A DNA stretch of 64,000 bases, from NCBI GenBank assembly GCA_040766525.1, contig JAXGQI010000003.1, positions 16,335-80,334 on the forward strand, given 5' to 3'. The number at the start of each line of letters is the position of its first letter. Within the stretch, counting starts at the first letter, position 1. Below, in pieces: positions 20,388-30,323 of the stretch. The stretch comes from Clostridiales bacterium. Lineage in GTDB: Bacteria; Bacillota; Dehalobacteriia; UBA7702. The translations under genes and the position numbers were made by a program. Under the pieces are notes generated by a model. That model saw nothing but the letters and a program-made list of their open reading frames with translations, searched no databases and was not told where the DNA came from.

Positions 20388-20530
20388 CAGATTATCGACA
20401 AAGTCGACAAGATGGGAAACATAAGACAAAAGCCTAGAGCTAGGAAAAGCAAAGGCCCTGGACGCGCAGTGTATTGAGATACATAAGCAGTCAGGCTTTG
20501 GTTTATTTATCGGCTTTGGGCTGCAGTTTC
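20388..20530 (+). repeat. interspersed non-coding element, core copy B (143 nt)
   Basis: Aligns end to end with 12140-12291, with the same GTCGACAAAGTCGAC palindrome region and the same 3' GCTTTGG...CTGCAGT.TC. Confidence 0.85.
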
Positions 20531-20566
20531 ACGCCCCGCAGGGATCATCCTTGCGGGGCGTTTTTT
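20531..20566. terminator. hairpin B2 plus T6, the functional-looking terminator between ilvN and the convergent kinase gene
   Basis: 13-bp stem (one G.T pair), 5-nt loop, then TTTTTT. Confidence 0.8.
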
Positions 20567-20645
20567 GATTCATTTTTATTCCCAATACACTACCGGGAAA
20601 CCCACTTCATCCGGGTATGATAGGGTTTGCCCTACGCAGCAAAGA

Positions 20646-22307
20646 TTACTCGGTAAAAATGGAGCCGCCGAGAAATTCACGCAGCAGCGAATTACTGGGC
20701 ACCAATTCCGTCGGAATCGGCAAGATATAATCAAGAAAATCCACGAGCCAGCGAGCGGTATAATACACCGGTTGCTCCGTGTTGACTTCCAATAGGCGGG
20801 GCATGATAATCGGCTTCAACGCCGCCAATTCATAAAGCAACGAAGAATTAAAAAAGAAATCCGCATTCTCCTGATAAGGGAAAATATTCCGCTCCTCTCC
20901 CCTTTGCACCGAGGCCCAACGGATGATCGTTTCCACCGGAGAAGTCCCTCTAAACTGCATATCCCGGGTCATCCGCCTGATTAAACGGCTATCCGAACTG
21001 GAGATGGGATTAAAATCGTCAATGTTGAGCTGGGTCAAAGTGCTGATATAAATATGGCGCTTATTCTTTTTATCAATACCGGGGGTGATATTGGGATTTA
21101 AGCCGTGGATCCCTTCAATAATCAAGATTTGGTCTTTCCGCATCCGCATGGGCCGAGTCCGCTCCATACGCCTGCCGGCATGGAAATCGTAAATCGGTGT
21201 TTCCACCGTTTCCCCGGCAATCAGCGCTTTCAGATGGCTGCCGAACAGTGGCAAGTCAACCGCCTCAATCGATTCAAAATCATAATTGCCCCAGGCATCC
21301 CGCACATTCTTCTCGCGATCAACAAAATAGTCATCCATCGCAATGGTCAGAGGTTCGATCCCATTGATGCGAAACTGAATACTCAGACGATGAGAAAAGG
21401 TCGTTTTCCCCGATGAAGACGGGCCGGCGATCAAAACCAAACGGATATTATTGATATCTTCCAAAATATCATGGCAAATCCGATAAATGCTTTGGCTTTG
21501 CAACCCTTCCCCCAGTTCGATCAAATCTTGGATCTTTCCGGCTTGGATTACCCTGTTAAGCTGGGCAATCGTATTTACGCCCTGCACCTCCGCCCAACGG
21601 TCGCTGCGGTTAAACAAGAGGCCAATCTTTTCCACCGGCACATATTTGGGCACCTGTTTGGGGCTATAGCAACTTGGCGCTCTGAGAATGAAACCAACGT
21701 CAAAAGGTTCCAACTCAAAACAAGGCAAGTAGCGGCAATTGGGCACCTTTAAACCGTGAAATACTTCTAAGCTTTGGGCAATCTCGCAAAAGGGAATCTT
21801 GGTGCGGCTGCCGGTAGAAAGCAAAACTTCATGTTCCTTATCATTCCGCTGGCGATAAAAACGCTTGGCGTCTTCAACAAAGGCCCACAGGCGATGAATC
21901 GGCGTTTCTTCCCGAATCAACTTTTGCATCTCAAGTTCCAATTGATCCCGCATTTCGGCGGAAAAGGGGATCTCCCCTTGGGATTCCCAATAGGTACCGT
22001 TCTCCAAGGTATGGCGTATACGCAAGCGCCGCTCGGGAAACAAATTCTCGTGGGCCGCAAGAAGCAAGAGCCTTTGGCTCCTACGATAAATGCGTACCCC
22101 CAACTGCTCGGTCAAATCGATCCATTCGATCTTACTATCTGCGATTAAACGATAATTCAATTCTTGCAAATGACCATTGACATAAGCCGCCACAACCGGA
22201 ATATCATTCTTGGGCAAATTGGACAAAACTTCCTCCAAGCTGATACCGGGAGGAAATTGATGAGTGCCTTTGCCAATCTGCACTTTAACCTGTTTCTTCT
22301 TGTGCAC
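20646..22307 (-). CDS. TGS-domain / uridine-kinase (PRK-family) nucleoside kinase-like protein
   Basis: 553 aa. Walker A GPSSSGKTT in the C-terminal half with PRK/uridine-kinase-like context; the N-terminal region resembles the ThrRS-type TGS domain. Confidence 0.7.
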   Translation of the reverse strand: MHKKKQVKVQIGKGTHQFPPGISLEEVLSNLPKNDIPVVAAYVNGHLQELNYRLIADSKIEWIDLTEQLGVRIYRRSQRLLLLAAHENLFPERRLRIRHTLENGTYWESQGEIPFSAEMRDQLELEMQKLIREETPIHRLWAFVEDAKRFYRQRNDKEHEVLLSTGSRTKIPFCEIAQSLEVFHGLKVPNCRYLPCFELEPFDVGFILRAPSCYSPKQVPKYVPVEKIGLLFNRSDRWAEVQGVNTIAQLNRVIQAGKIQDLIELGEGLQSQSIYRICHDILEDINNIRLVLIAGPSSSGKTTFSHRLSIQFRINGIEPLTIAMDDYFVDREKNVRDAWGNYDFESIEAVDLPLFGSHLKALIAGETVETPIYDFHAGRRMERTRPMRMRKDQILIIEGIHGLNPNITPGIDKKNKRHIYISTLTQLNIDDFNPISSSDSRLIRRMTRDMQFRGTSPVETIIRWASVQRGEERNIFPYQENADFFFNSSLLYELAALKPIIMPRLLEVNTEQPVYYTARWLVDFLDYILPIPTELVPSNSLLREFLGGSIFTE

Positions 22308-22324
22308 AAGCGTTCCTCTCCTTC

Positions 22325-23421
22325 TTAGGGATTTAAGGGTAATAAAGCATCCAAGGTAAACATCCCGTCTTTACGAATGAGCTTTCCATCAAAATAAATT
22401 TCTCCGCCGCCATAGGCAGGGGTTTGACATAGGACGAGATCCCAATGGGTCGCACTTTGATTGCCATTGGGAGCTTCTTCATAGCAGGCTCCCGGCGTAA
22501 GATGAATGGAGCCCGCAATCTTTTCATCGAAAAGAATATCCCCCATGGGATCTTTGATCTCAGGATTGAGACCAAAGGCAAATTCTCCCACATAACGAGC
22601 GCCTTCATCCGTATCAAACAGCGCATTGATCCTTGCGGTATCATTGGCTTTGGCGTCAACGATCTTCCCGTCCTTAAACGTAAGAACGATATCTTTAAAG
22701 GTGAAACCCTGATTGGGGGAAGGGGTATTATAACTGATCACCCCATTGATCGAATCCCGCACCGGCGCGGTAAACACTTCCCCATCGGGGATATTGCGCT
22801 GCCCGTCACACTTGATGGCGGGAATATCCTTGATCGAAAAACTAAGATCGGTTCCGGGCCCTTTGATTTCAACCCGATCTGTCCGATTCATCAATTCCAC
22901 CAAGGGTTCCATCGCCTTCGACATCTTGCCATAATCCAAATTACAGACTCTAAAATAAAAGTCTTCAAATTCCTCCGTTGGCATCGACGCTTGCTGCGCC
23001 ATAGAATCATTGGGATAACGCAAAATCACCCACTTTGTTTTCGGTACCCGAATTTTACCATGAACCGGCTCCCAAAGCAATTTCATTTTTTGTTCTTGGC
23101 GATCATTGGGAACATTTTTTGCCATATACGGTTCTCACAACAGCGGATCCCCATATGCGTCCATCTGGCCATACGCGCTTCTTCCCATTGCCGCCGCATC
23201 GTAAAATGCTGATCCGGCGCTTCTTTCATCAAGGCCGCTTCCAAACAGGGATTTTCCAAATGCAGAAAGGGATCGCTCCAACAGCGTAAGCCTTTTCGAT
23301 CAACTCCAAAGCGAGGGCTTCGGTATTGCCGATGGCTTCGATCAGGATCTTTCCCCGGCTGCAATTGTGTAGAATACTCAATCAGATTTTTCGCCAATTC
23401 CTTCATGCGTAAATCTCTCAT
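22325..23421 (-). pseudogene. M29-family (AmpS/PepS-type) aminopeptidase, frame-disrupted near the N-terminus
   Basis: The C-terminal 266 aa are intact ([11 protein letters not shown]..., [13 protein letters not shown]). The N-terminal 100 aa (MRDLRMKELAKNLIEYS...) change frame at least twice. Length 1097 nt is not a multiple of 3. Confidence 0.75.
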
Positions 23422-23455
23422 ATAGACTCCTTCTTTCTTTTGTCCTAACCTCACA

Positions 23456-23957
23456 TCAGCGTAAGAATACCATTGCAGAAAACATCCCCATCAAAGCGCC
23501 GATAAAAACATCGGAAGGATAATGAACGCCCAAATAAATACGGGAAAGCCCCACCAAAAATGCGATCGGATAAAAAATATAGCCAATCCCCAAAAGTCCG
23601 TGGCGACGGCGGCCATCGTAAAGGCCGTAGTGGTGTGCCCGAGGGAAAGAAAAATCCCGGCATAAACTTTTCCCAAACTCGGGCCATATCTTTAGCATCG
23701 AAAGGCCGTTCTCGACGAATCAACTTCTTCCCCAATTGCACTAAAACTGGCAAAAGCAATACCGCGAAAAGCATCGTACGACCGAAAGCCGGGTCCAAAG
23801 CAAAGGACAGCAAAATATAAACAATCGTAAACGTTATACCAGCGATATAAGTAAATATAGGGAAGAAACGATCAAAGAGACGGCAATGCATCGATTGATT
23901 GATCAAGTAGAATAGATAACCATCCATCGTATGGAAAGTGCGCATACCCACCTCCAA
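23456..23957 (-). pseudogene. PAP2-family phosphatase (BcrC-like), frame-disrupted
   Basis: The three PAP2 motifs lie in three frames: RRERPF (ORF 23451-23957), SLGHTTTAF (ORF 23491-23676) and SRIYLGVHYPSDV (ORF 23456-23698). Confidence 0.75.
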
Positions 23958-24092
23958 AGCGGCTGGGATTTATTTTTATTATGGTTATTTTATCATATTC
24001 CCCGAAAAAATAACACGCCGGACGCAAGGTTTTTTATCATTTTTCCACATTCGCTACATAAGATACAAAAGAAATCGAAGGAGCAACCGTTC

Positions 24093-24743
24093 ATGAAGAA
24101 AATCATCTTCTTAATTTTGTTATTGGTTACTCTCCTTTTGATTGGTACAAGAGAAGGTCTTTGGAGCACAGAAACCAACCCTTTTTACATCGAGATCAAT
24201 CTTGACCAGCGACTCCTTTATGTATATGACAACGCCGAGCAAGTAGCTTCCTATCAAGTCGCTGTCGGCAAACCATCAACCCCGACGCCGATTGGAGAAT
24301 ACCGCATCATCAATAAGCAAATCAACTGGGGAGACGGTTTCGGGACACGCTGGTTAGGGTTAAATGTGCCTTGGGGCATTTACGGCATCCACGGCACCAA
24401 TAAACCCGCTTCCATTTCTGGGGCAGTTTCCCATGGCTGCATTCGCATGTATAACTCAGATGTGGAAGAATTGTATGCGCTGGTGCCGATGGGGACACGA
24501 GTCAAAATCACCGGGCAAGCCTGGCGTATCACACCGCCGTCCCTAGGCGCCAAACGAGGAGACAGCGGCCAAACCATCGTCTTCCTGCAACAAAAACTAA
24601 ATGACTTGGGGTTTTGGAGTGGCTTTGCCGACGGTTATTTTGGGGAAACAACAGAAAGCGCCTTACGATATTTCCAAGCCTACCACTATCTGCCGCAAAC
24701 CGGAATCGTCGATGAAGCTTCGCTCCTTTTACTTTTTCCCTAA
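24093..24743 (+). CDS. L,D-transpeptidase (YkuD) with C-terminal peptidoglycan-binding domain
   Basis: Signal/anchor MKKIIFLILLLV, catalytic HGT...SHGCIRM motif, PG_binding_1-like tail (GYFGETTESALRYFQ). Start moved to ATG 24093 behind a GAAGGAG RBS. Confidence 0.85.
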   Translation: MKKIIFLILLLVTLLLIGTREGLWSTETNPFYIEINLDQRLLYVYDNAEQVASYQVAVGKPSTPTPIGEYRIINKQINWGDGFGTRWLGLNVPWGIYGIHGTNKPASISGAVSHGCIRMYNSDVEELYALVPMGTRVKITGQAWRITPPSLGAKRGDSGQTIVFLQQKLNDLGFWSGFADGYFGETTESALRYFQAYHYLPQTGIVDEASLLLLFP

Positions 24744-24810
24744 AAAAAGGGGCAGAACAAAAACGCCTTGGCCTTTTTGACAAAAATATGATAGAATAGG
24801 AGGAGATAGA

Positions 24811-25092
24811 ATGACATCTCGTTTATTTTTTCGACTTTTAGCCGATGTGCTCTTCGTTTTCCCCTCTTTGGAACTTGCTTTGGAGGCGGAAAATACCTTA
24901 CATGCCAAGGGCTTCCAACCCGTATTGTTTTCTCTCCCTATGGAAATCGGGCTGGGCTGCGGCACCGGCATCAAACTGACGGCCGCAAAAGCAGAAAGCG
25001 CCCGCATCCTTTTGGAGCGGGAACAGATCGCCATCCATTCAATCTGGCAAGGAACAGAAAGCGGGGAAACCTGGCAAAAGATTTGGGGGTAA
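24811..25092 (+). CDS. DUF3343-like small protein
   Basis: 93 aa. The pattern F.S...A...E..L...G....L..P.EI...CG..I.L fits my recollection of DUF3343. Good RBS (AGGAGGAG). Confidence 0.55.
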   Translation: MTSRLFFRLLADVLFVFPSLELALEAENTLHAKGFQPVLFSLPMEIGLGCGTGIKLTAAKAESARILLEREQIAIHSIWQGTESGETWQKIWG

Positions 25093-25094
25093 AG

Positions 25095-26169
25095 ATGAAT
25101 AAAAAGCAACTCTTTTCAATCCTCATCAGCGCAACCATATTGATACTACTTTGGAATACAAGCCTTTTCGCGGCGATCACAATTAAAGTCGACGGAGAGA
25201 CTTTGATTACCGATGTGCCGCCCCAGAATATTGACGGGCGGGTCCTGATCCCGCTCAGAGCGGTTAGCGATGCTTTCAACGCCAATACCCAATACCTTTC
25301 CGAAAGTAAAACCGCCGTCGTTACCTATGACGGATCGGAGATCCGCGTTCAACATCTCAATGTTTTAGCCCGTATCGATGGACAAGTTGTCACTTTGGAT
25401 GTCCCGGCACAAATTATCGATAACCGTATGATGGTTCCTTTACGCTTCGTCGGGGAAGCTTTGGGCGCCGAAGTCGAATGGATCGGTAGTAGTAAAACCG
25501 TGGTCATCACCAATCCGGCCGGCAAAAGCTCAAAGGAAGAATTGATCATTAAGGGGATCAACCAGGCCAGAGCCAATAAAGGCCTCGCTCTTTTAGAAGA
25601 GATCCCCAACTATCCGTTATGGCCAAAGTCCAGTAATGTCGATGTGGAGCAACACCTTCTTCAACCATATTTCTCCATCTGATGGCGATTTATCGGCTAG
25701 AGCCTCCGCCTACGGCTACAGCGATATAGGAGAAATCCTGGCCGCGGGATATGACGATCCCGCCCAAATCGTCGCGGCTTGGCTCGATGATGACAACCAC
25801 AAAACCATCTTGCTCGACCCCGATTATATCTATATCGGCGTCGGCTTTATCGATCAGACCAATGGTTTAGATCCCTTCGGCGGCACCTATGTAGACGTCT
25901 GCCTTTTGGGAAAAACGACGGTAATCACCGCGCCGGAAAACGGGGCTACGCTCACCGGAACGAATTTAACCATCAGTGGTTATTCCGGGTTAAGCAGCGA
26001 TACAATCACAATTTTCAAGATGAAAGACACGAGAACCTATGTGAACCGGATGAGTGTTGCAATCACGCCAGAAGACAATGCCTTTAGCGTCAGGGTGACC
26101 TTACCGGGTTCCGGTAATTATAAAATCGTCTACGGGGGCAATCAAGCGATCGACGTCACTCTTCCGTAA
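25095..26169 (+). pseudogene. copper-amine-oxidase-N-domain / CAP (SCP) domain secreted protein with one frameshift
   Basis: The stalk-domain repeats (DGRVLIPLRAVSDAF; NRMMVPLRFVGEALGA) and the CAP part (..YFSI | SPSDG..GEILAAGYDD..VAAWL) are split between ORFs 25083-25682 and 25636-26169. Confidence 0.65.
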
Positions 26170-26239
26170 GAAGACGCCATATTTCGCTGCTCACCAAAAA
26201 TCATAAAGTAACTTCAGAAAAAGGTGCGAGGTGACATAT

Positions 26240-27463
26240 ATGGATCGAAGCCACTGGCAAAACCTCTTGCTTTATCGTTCTTTGTCATTGGATCCCGTCA
26301 TCATCAGCTTGATGAAAGGCGAAAATCAAGCGGATGCCCTCCATTCCCTTCTGCTTTGGGCAGAAAAAGAAGGGGTCAGCGGAAATATCTGGCAAAAATA
26401 TCTGCTCTATCTGCTTCTAATGGCAGACAATCCTTTGAGTCGCGGCGCATTGCGGGGGGAAAAGCTGGAAAAAACCGGCCTTTTCGCAATCGCAACCGGG
26501 GAATTTGCCATCATCCAAGACCTCTTATCCCGCGATATCCCGGGGCAAAGACCATTAAAAGATTATCAACCGGCTCAAGAGAATCCGGTTTGGCAAACGG
26601 AAGAAAATGCACTCTTTGACGCTTTGCTCCATCAAGAACCGGCGGAATTTGCCAGAAAGATCCTCGCCTATTATCAAAAATTCGGTTTCGGTGAATTGGC
26701 TTTTCACCCGTTTTTTTACTGGGACAACGGACTGATTCCCGTTAATAATTCCGATTTGGTGGATTTGGACAGCCTCTTAGGATACGAAAAGCAAAAAACC
26801 CTGATCATCCGCAATACGGAAGCTTTTCTCCAAGGGTATAAAGCCAATAATGTGCTGCTCTACGGAGAACGGGGCACCGGGAAATCTTCCACCGTGAAAG
26901 GGCTCGGCGCCCGCTATTGGAAACAGGGCTTGCGCATCATTGAGCTGAACCCCCGCGATATATCGCAATTATATGAGCTGGGCCGTTATTTAGACGGCGT
27001 CGCCCTTCATTTTATCGTGTATATCGACGACCTGTCTTTTGAGGACTTTGAGACGGAATATAAAGAATTTAAAGCTATCCTTGAAGGCGGTCTCTGCCTT
27101 AGACCGGATCATATCCTGATCTATGCCACTTCTAATCGGCGCCATTTGATCAACGAAAAATGGCAGGATCGAGAAGGCGGCGAAATCAATACGCGGGAAG
27201 TCTTAAATGAAAAACTCTCCCTCGCAGATCGATTTGGCCTCACAATCTCTTATTTAAGCCCCGATCAAGAAAAGTTCCTTGCGATCGTCACCGATATCGC
27301 GGAAAAACGGGGCCTTGAAATCAATCGAGACCGATTGGAACAAGAAGCTTTACTATGGGAAAAATGGCAACACGGTCTTTCGGGCCGCAGTGCCGTTCAA
27401 TTTGTGAATGATATGGAGATACGCCTGAGACAGGAAAGGAGTAATGAGAATGATTCCGAATAA
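26240..27463 (+). CDS. DUF815-type AAA ATPase
   Basis: Walker A LLYGERGTGKSS and Walker B-like IVYIDDLSF. Start set at ATG 26240, 6 nt after GAGGTG. Confidence 0.75.
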   Translation: MDRSHWQNLLLYRSLSLDPVIISLMKGENQADALHSLLLWAEKEGVSGNIWQKYLLYLLLMADNPLSRGALRGEKLEKTGLFAIATGEFAIIQDLLSRDIPGQRPLKDYQPAQENPVWQTEENALFDALLHQEPAEFARKILAYYQKFGFGELAFHPFFYWDNGLIPVNNSDLVDLDSLLGYEKQKTLIIRNTEAFLQGYKANNVLLYGERGTGKSSTVKGLGARYWKQGLRIIELNPRDISQLYELGRYLDGVALHFIVYIDDLSFEDFETEYKEFKAILEGGLCLRPDHILIYATSNRRHLINEKWQDREGGEINTREVLNEKLSLADRFGLTISYLSPDQEKFLAIVTDIAEKRGLEINRDRLEQEALLWEKWQHGLSGRSAVQFVNDMEIRLRQERSNENDSE

Positions 27464-28070
27464 AATCAGTGAAGTTTTACAACATCTGGAGAAAAATGGC
27501 TTTGAGGCCCTCTACTTCGAAAAACGCCAAGAAGCCGAGGATTATATCCTTGACCAAATCGAACCCGGAATGAAAGTGGGACTCGGCGGTTCCATGACTT
27601 TGAAAACCATGGATCTGCTCAATAAAGTAGAAGAAAAGGGCGCGATCGGCCTTGACCACAACCGACTTGGCCTCACAAAAGAGGAAGCTGCCGAAATCAC
27701 GCGGCAACAAAGCGAAAGCGACATTTTCCTCACCTCCACCAATGCCTTGACCCAGAAGGGGTATTTGGTGAATTGCGACGCACGGGGGAACCGCGTGGCC
27801 AATATGATTTTCGGACCGAAAAGAGCCATCATCGTTACCGGAAAAAATAAGATTTGTGCCGATGTGGAAGACGCTATGGACCGGATCGCCAATGTTGCGG
27901 CGCCCCCCAACAGTAAGCGCCTGAAACTGAACAATCCCTGTGTGGAAACGGGCCGCTGCATGGATTGCAATTCCCCCACCAGGATTTGCAGAGCCTACAC
28001 AATTCTCAAAAGAAAACCCCTGGCCATCGCAATGACCGTCGTCATCATCGGGGAAAATTTGGGTTTTTAA
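27444..28070 (+). CDS. LUD-domain (lactate-utilisation LutB/C-like, DUF162) protein
   Basis: 208 aa with typical ...GGSMTL..., ...TSTNALT..G.LVN.D..GNRV.. and a C-terminal Cys cluster (CVETGRCMDCNSPTRIC). ATG 27450 is an alternative start. Confidence 0.65.
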   Translation: MRMIPNKISEVLQHLEKNGFEALYFEKRQEAEDYILDQIEPGMKVGLGGSMTLKTMDLLNKVEEKGAIGLDHNRLGLTKEEAAEITRQQSESDIFLTSTNALTQKGYLVNCDARGNRVANMIFGPKRAIIVTGKNKICADVEDAMDRIANVAAPPNSKRLKLNNPCVETGRCMDCNSPTRICRAYTILKRKPLAIAMTVVIIGENLGF

Positions 28071-28247
28071 AAATCCCACGCAAAAAGATAAAATCCGCAG
28101 GCGTCTCATCAACAGCCCGGCGGATTTTTTGTTTGGGAAGTTGACGCATTGGAGGAAACGACCCATTTCTACACCATAAGAAAATAAAGAATACCGGTTT
28201 TGCCTTTACGCTTGTAGCAAAACCGGTATTTTCTCTTATTTCTTTTT

Positions 28248-28694
28248 TCATCTTCCTTGACAAAACCCAAGCATATCCTCAAGGATATGGGCATGGCGCT
28301 GTTCATCGGCGATAATACTGCGAACGATATTTTTGTATTCGTCACACGAAAGTTTAGCGAGAATTTCTTTATAGAACCGTATGGCGTCATATTCATCGGC
28401 AATGGCTTTGGCCACGGCGACATCAAACCGTTCGATCCGCTGCGGATAAACCCGTACTTTCGGGATCGGCCCGCCAAAAAGCCCTCGATAGATATGGGAC
28501 AAAAGACGAAAATGGCGCGCTTCGTCATCGGCAATAGCAAAAATCCGCTTTCTGTCTCTAAAGTAATTGGCTTCCCTAGCCAGGCGGCGATAGTGCACAT
28601 TGGCATTCTTCTCATCTTCCATTGCAACCTTCAACATCTCTCTCAAGACCCATTCCCCATCGGGAAGACCTTGGTTGCACTTACTTTTCCCCAC
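28248..28694 (-). CDS. ferritin-like / rubrerythrin-like domain protein
   Basis: Two E..H-type helices (DEARHFRLL and ADEQRHAHIL); 148 aa. Confidence 0.6.
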   Translation of the reverse strand: MGKSKCNQGLPDGEWVLREMLKVAMEDEKNANVHYRRLAREANYFRDRKRIFAIADDEARHFRLLSHIYRGLFGGPIPKVRVYPQRIERFDVAVAKAIADEYDAIRFYKEILAKLSCDEYKNIVRSIIADEQRHAHILEDMLGFCQGR

Positions 28695-28828
28695 TTAGAT
28701 GCCCCCCATCCTAAATTTAATCTCAGCGAAAAATGGCCAAATACCAAAATTGGCGGATTCTTCTGTCCTTATGATTTCGTCAGAGGTTGCTCCCGCTTCT
28801 TTCGGTATTTGACCATTCTATCACTGTT

Positions 28829-28969
28829 TTACGGGAATTCATCCCAAAATTCGTCCTCCTCTTTCTCATCCTCCCGGTTTACAAAGAGTGCAATGGCAAT
28901 AAAAAGCAAAAAAATAAGGGTTACCAGAAACAACATGCGCAACACCCCTTTGTTCCAGTACCCTATCAT
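28829..28969 (-). CDS. possible 46-aa membrane peptide downstream of panC
   Basis: MIGYWNKGVLRMLFLVTLIFLLFIAIALFVNREDEKEEDEFWDEFP: one TM segment plus an acidic tail. No convincing RBS. Below the ORF-track cutoff. Confidence 0.25.
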   Translation of the reverse strand: MIGYWNKGVLRMLFLVTLIFLLFIAIALFVNREDEKEEDEFWDEFP

Positions 28970-28990
28970 ATGCAAATATTTTTCTTGTGG

Positions 28991-29833
28991 TTACACTTTC
29001 AACATAATATTATCGATCAGCCGCGTCTTGCCGAAAAATACCGCCATCGCCAAAAGGATCTCTCCACTGATTTTTTCGATTGGCGCTAACGCCGGTAAGC
29101 TGACCATTTCGATATAATCGACCTGACCGGAAGTGTCATCCACCATCTTGGTCATCGCAGAAATGACCGTTCGGGCATCAAGTTCCCCTGCCGCGATCAT
29201 TTTCTCCGCAGCCAAGAGCGATTGCCGCAAAACGACCGCTTCTTGTCTTTCCTCAGGGGTCAAATACACATTGCGGGAACTCTTGGCAAGGCCATCTTCT
29301 TCCCGAACAATGGGACAACCGATAATCTCCAGCGGCTGACAAAGATCTTTCACCATTTGGCGAACGATAAACAACTGCTGCGCATCTTTCTCACCAAAAA
29401 ATGCCCATTGGGGACGCACCAGATTGAAGAGTTTATTTAACACCGTCGTCACACCGGCAAAATGATGGGGGCGACTTCTCCCGCAAAGGGGCTGATCCAA
29501 ATTGGCCACCTTGACTTGGGTCACAAAATCCGGGGGATACATTTCCTCCGGTTGGGGATGGAAAACAAGGTCGCCACCTTCTTCGGCAATCAAGCGGCAA
29601 TCCCGCTCAAAATCTCGCGGATAGACCGCCAAATCCTCATTGGGAGCGAATTGGATGGGGTTCACAAAAACGCTCACCACAACGAAATCCGCCTTTTGCC
29701 GTGCGGCTCTGATCAAGGAACAATGCCCTTCATGAAGGTACCCCATCGTAGGGACAAACCCAATGGTTTTCCCCTCTTTTTCCACCCGGGCAATCGCATT
29801 TTTCAAATCGTCAATTTTTGTAATGATCTGCAT
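28991..29833 (-). CDS. panC: pantoate--beta-alanine ligase
   Basis: GFVPTMGYLHEGHCSLI and VSVFVNPIQF motifs; 280 aa. Confidence 0.92.
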   Translation of the reverse strand: MQIITKIDDLKNAIARVEKEGKTIGFVPTMGYLHEGHCSLIRAARQKADFVVVSVFVNPIQFAPNEDLAVYPRDFERDCRLIAEEGGDLVFHPQPEEMYPPDFVTQVKVANLDQPLCGRSRPHHFAGVTTVLNKLFNLVRPQWAFFGEKDAQQLFIVRQMVKDLCQPLEIIGCPIVREEDGLAKSSRNVYLTPEERQEAVVLRQSLLAAEKMIAAGELDARTVISAMTKMVDDTSGQVDYIEMVSLPALAPIEKISGEILLAMAVFFGKTRLIDNIMLKV

Positions 29834-29834
29834 T

Positions 29835-30323
29835 TTACCAAATTCCCTCTGTATAGAACATAATTTTTTCTTCTCCGCTATAAGCGGCCAATACTTCCGC
29901 CACCGTACCTTGGCCCGGGATCAACCCCGTAGGCCAAATATCCGCCAAAGGTTGCAAAACAAAAAGGCGCTCATGCAACCGGGGATGAGGAACTTCTAAA
30001 CGGGGCAAAGAAATCTTTTCTTCTCCATAAAGTAAGAGATCAAGATCAATATTGCGGGGACCCCAACGAATGAGCCGCTCCCGACCCATTTCCGCTTCGA
30101 TCCCCTGACAAAGATCGAGCAAAGCCAAGGGAGAAAGTGCTGTTTCAATCAGAACAGCGCCGTTTAAAAACCAATCTTGATCGGTATATCCCACCGGTTC
30201 CGTTTGATAAAGGCGGCTTTTTTCTACTATCGTACAGTGTTTTTCTAAATGGGATATGGCCCTTTGCAGATTGGCCAATTTATCCCCCATATTGCTGCCG
30301 AAAGCGATCGCTGCTTTCACCAT
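29835..30323 (-). CDS. folK: 2-amino-4-hydroxy-6-hydroxymethyldihydropteridine diphosphokinase
   Basis: AFGSNMGD..., YQTEPVG and RWGPRNIDLDLL motifs. Confidence 0.9.
   Translation of the reverse strand: MVKAAIAFGSNMGDKLANLQRAISHLEKHCTIVEKSRLYQTEPVGYTDQDWFLNGAVLIETALSPLALLDLCQGIEAEMGRERLIRWGPRNIDLDLLLYGEEKISLPRLEVPHPRLHERLFVLQPLADIWPTGLIPGQGTVAEVLAAYSGEEKIMFYTEGIW

Noticed and set aside
20412-20477. 21-codon basic ORF (MGNIRQKPRARKSKGPGRAVY) inside repeat copy B
   Set aside because: It has no RBS, and in copy A an extra A cuts the same ORF to 8 codons. The element is therefore unlikely to be protein-coding.
12107-20566. CRISPR array, IS element or group II intron as an explanation for the repeated element
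   Set aside because: The copies are kilobases apart with no short regular repeat-spacer structure. No transposase, reverse transcriptase, TnpB or Cas ORF is present anywhere in the window. The cores are far too short for an intron ribozyme.
22445-23212. 255-aa plus-strand ORF
   Set aside because: It is antisense to the M29 aminopeptidase relic, whose sense frame carries clear family motifs.
27477-28166. 229-aa minus-strand ORF (and 145-aa ORF 27542-27979)
   Set aside because: It is antisense to the well-supported LUD-domain gene. Its composition is Gly/Phe/His-rich and odd, it has no RBS and it resembles no family.
28257-29117. 286-aa plus-strand ORF
   Set aside because: It runs antisense through the ferritin-like gene and into panC, has no motifs and is typical of a shadow ORF.
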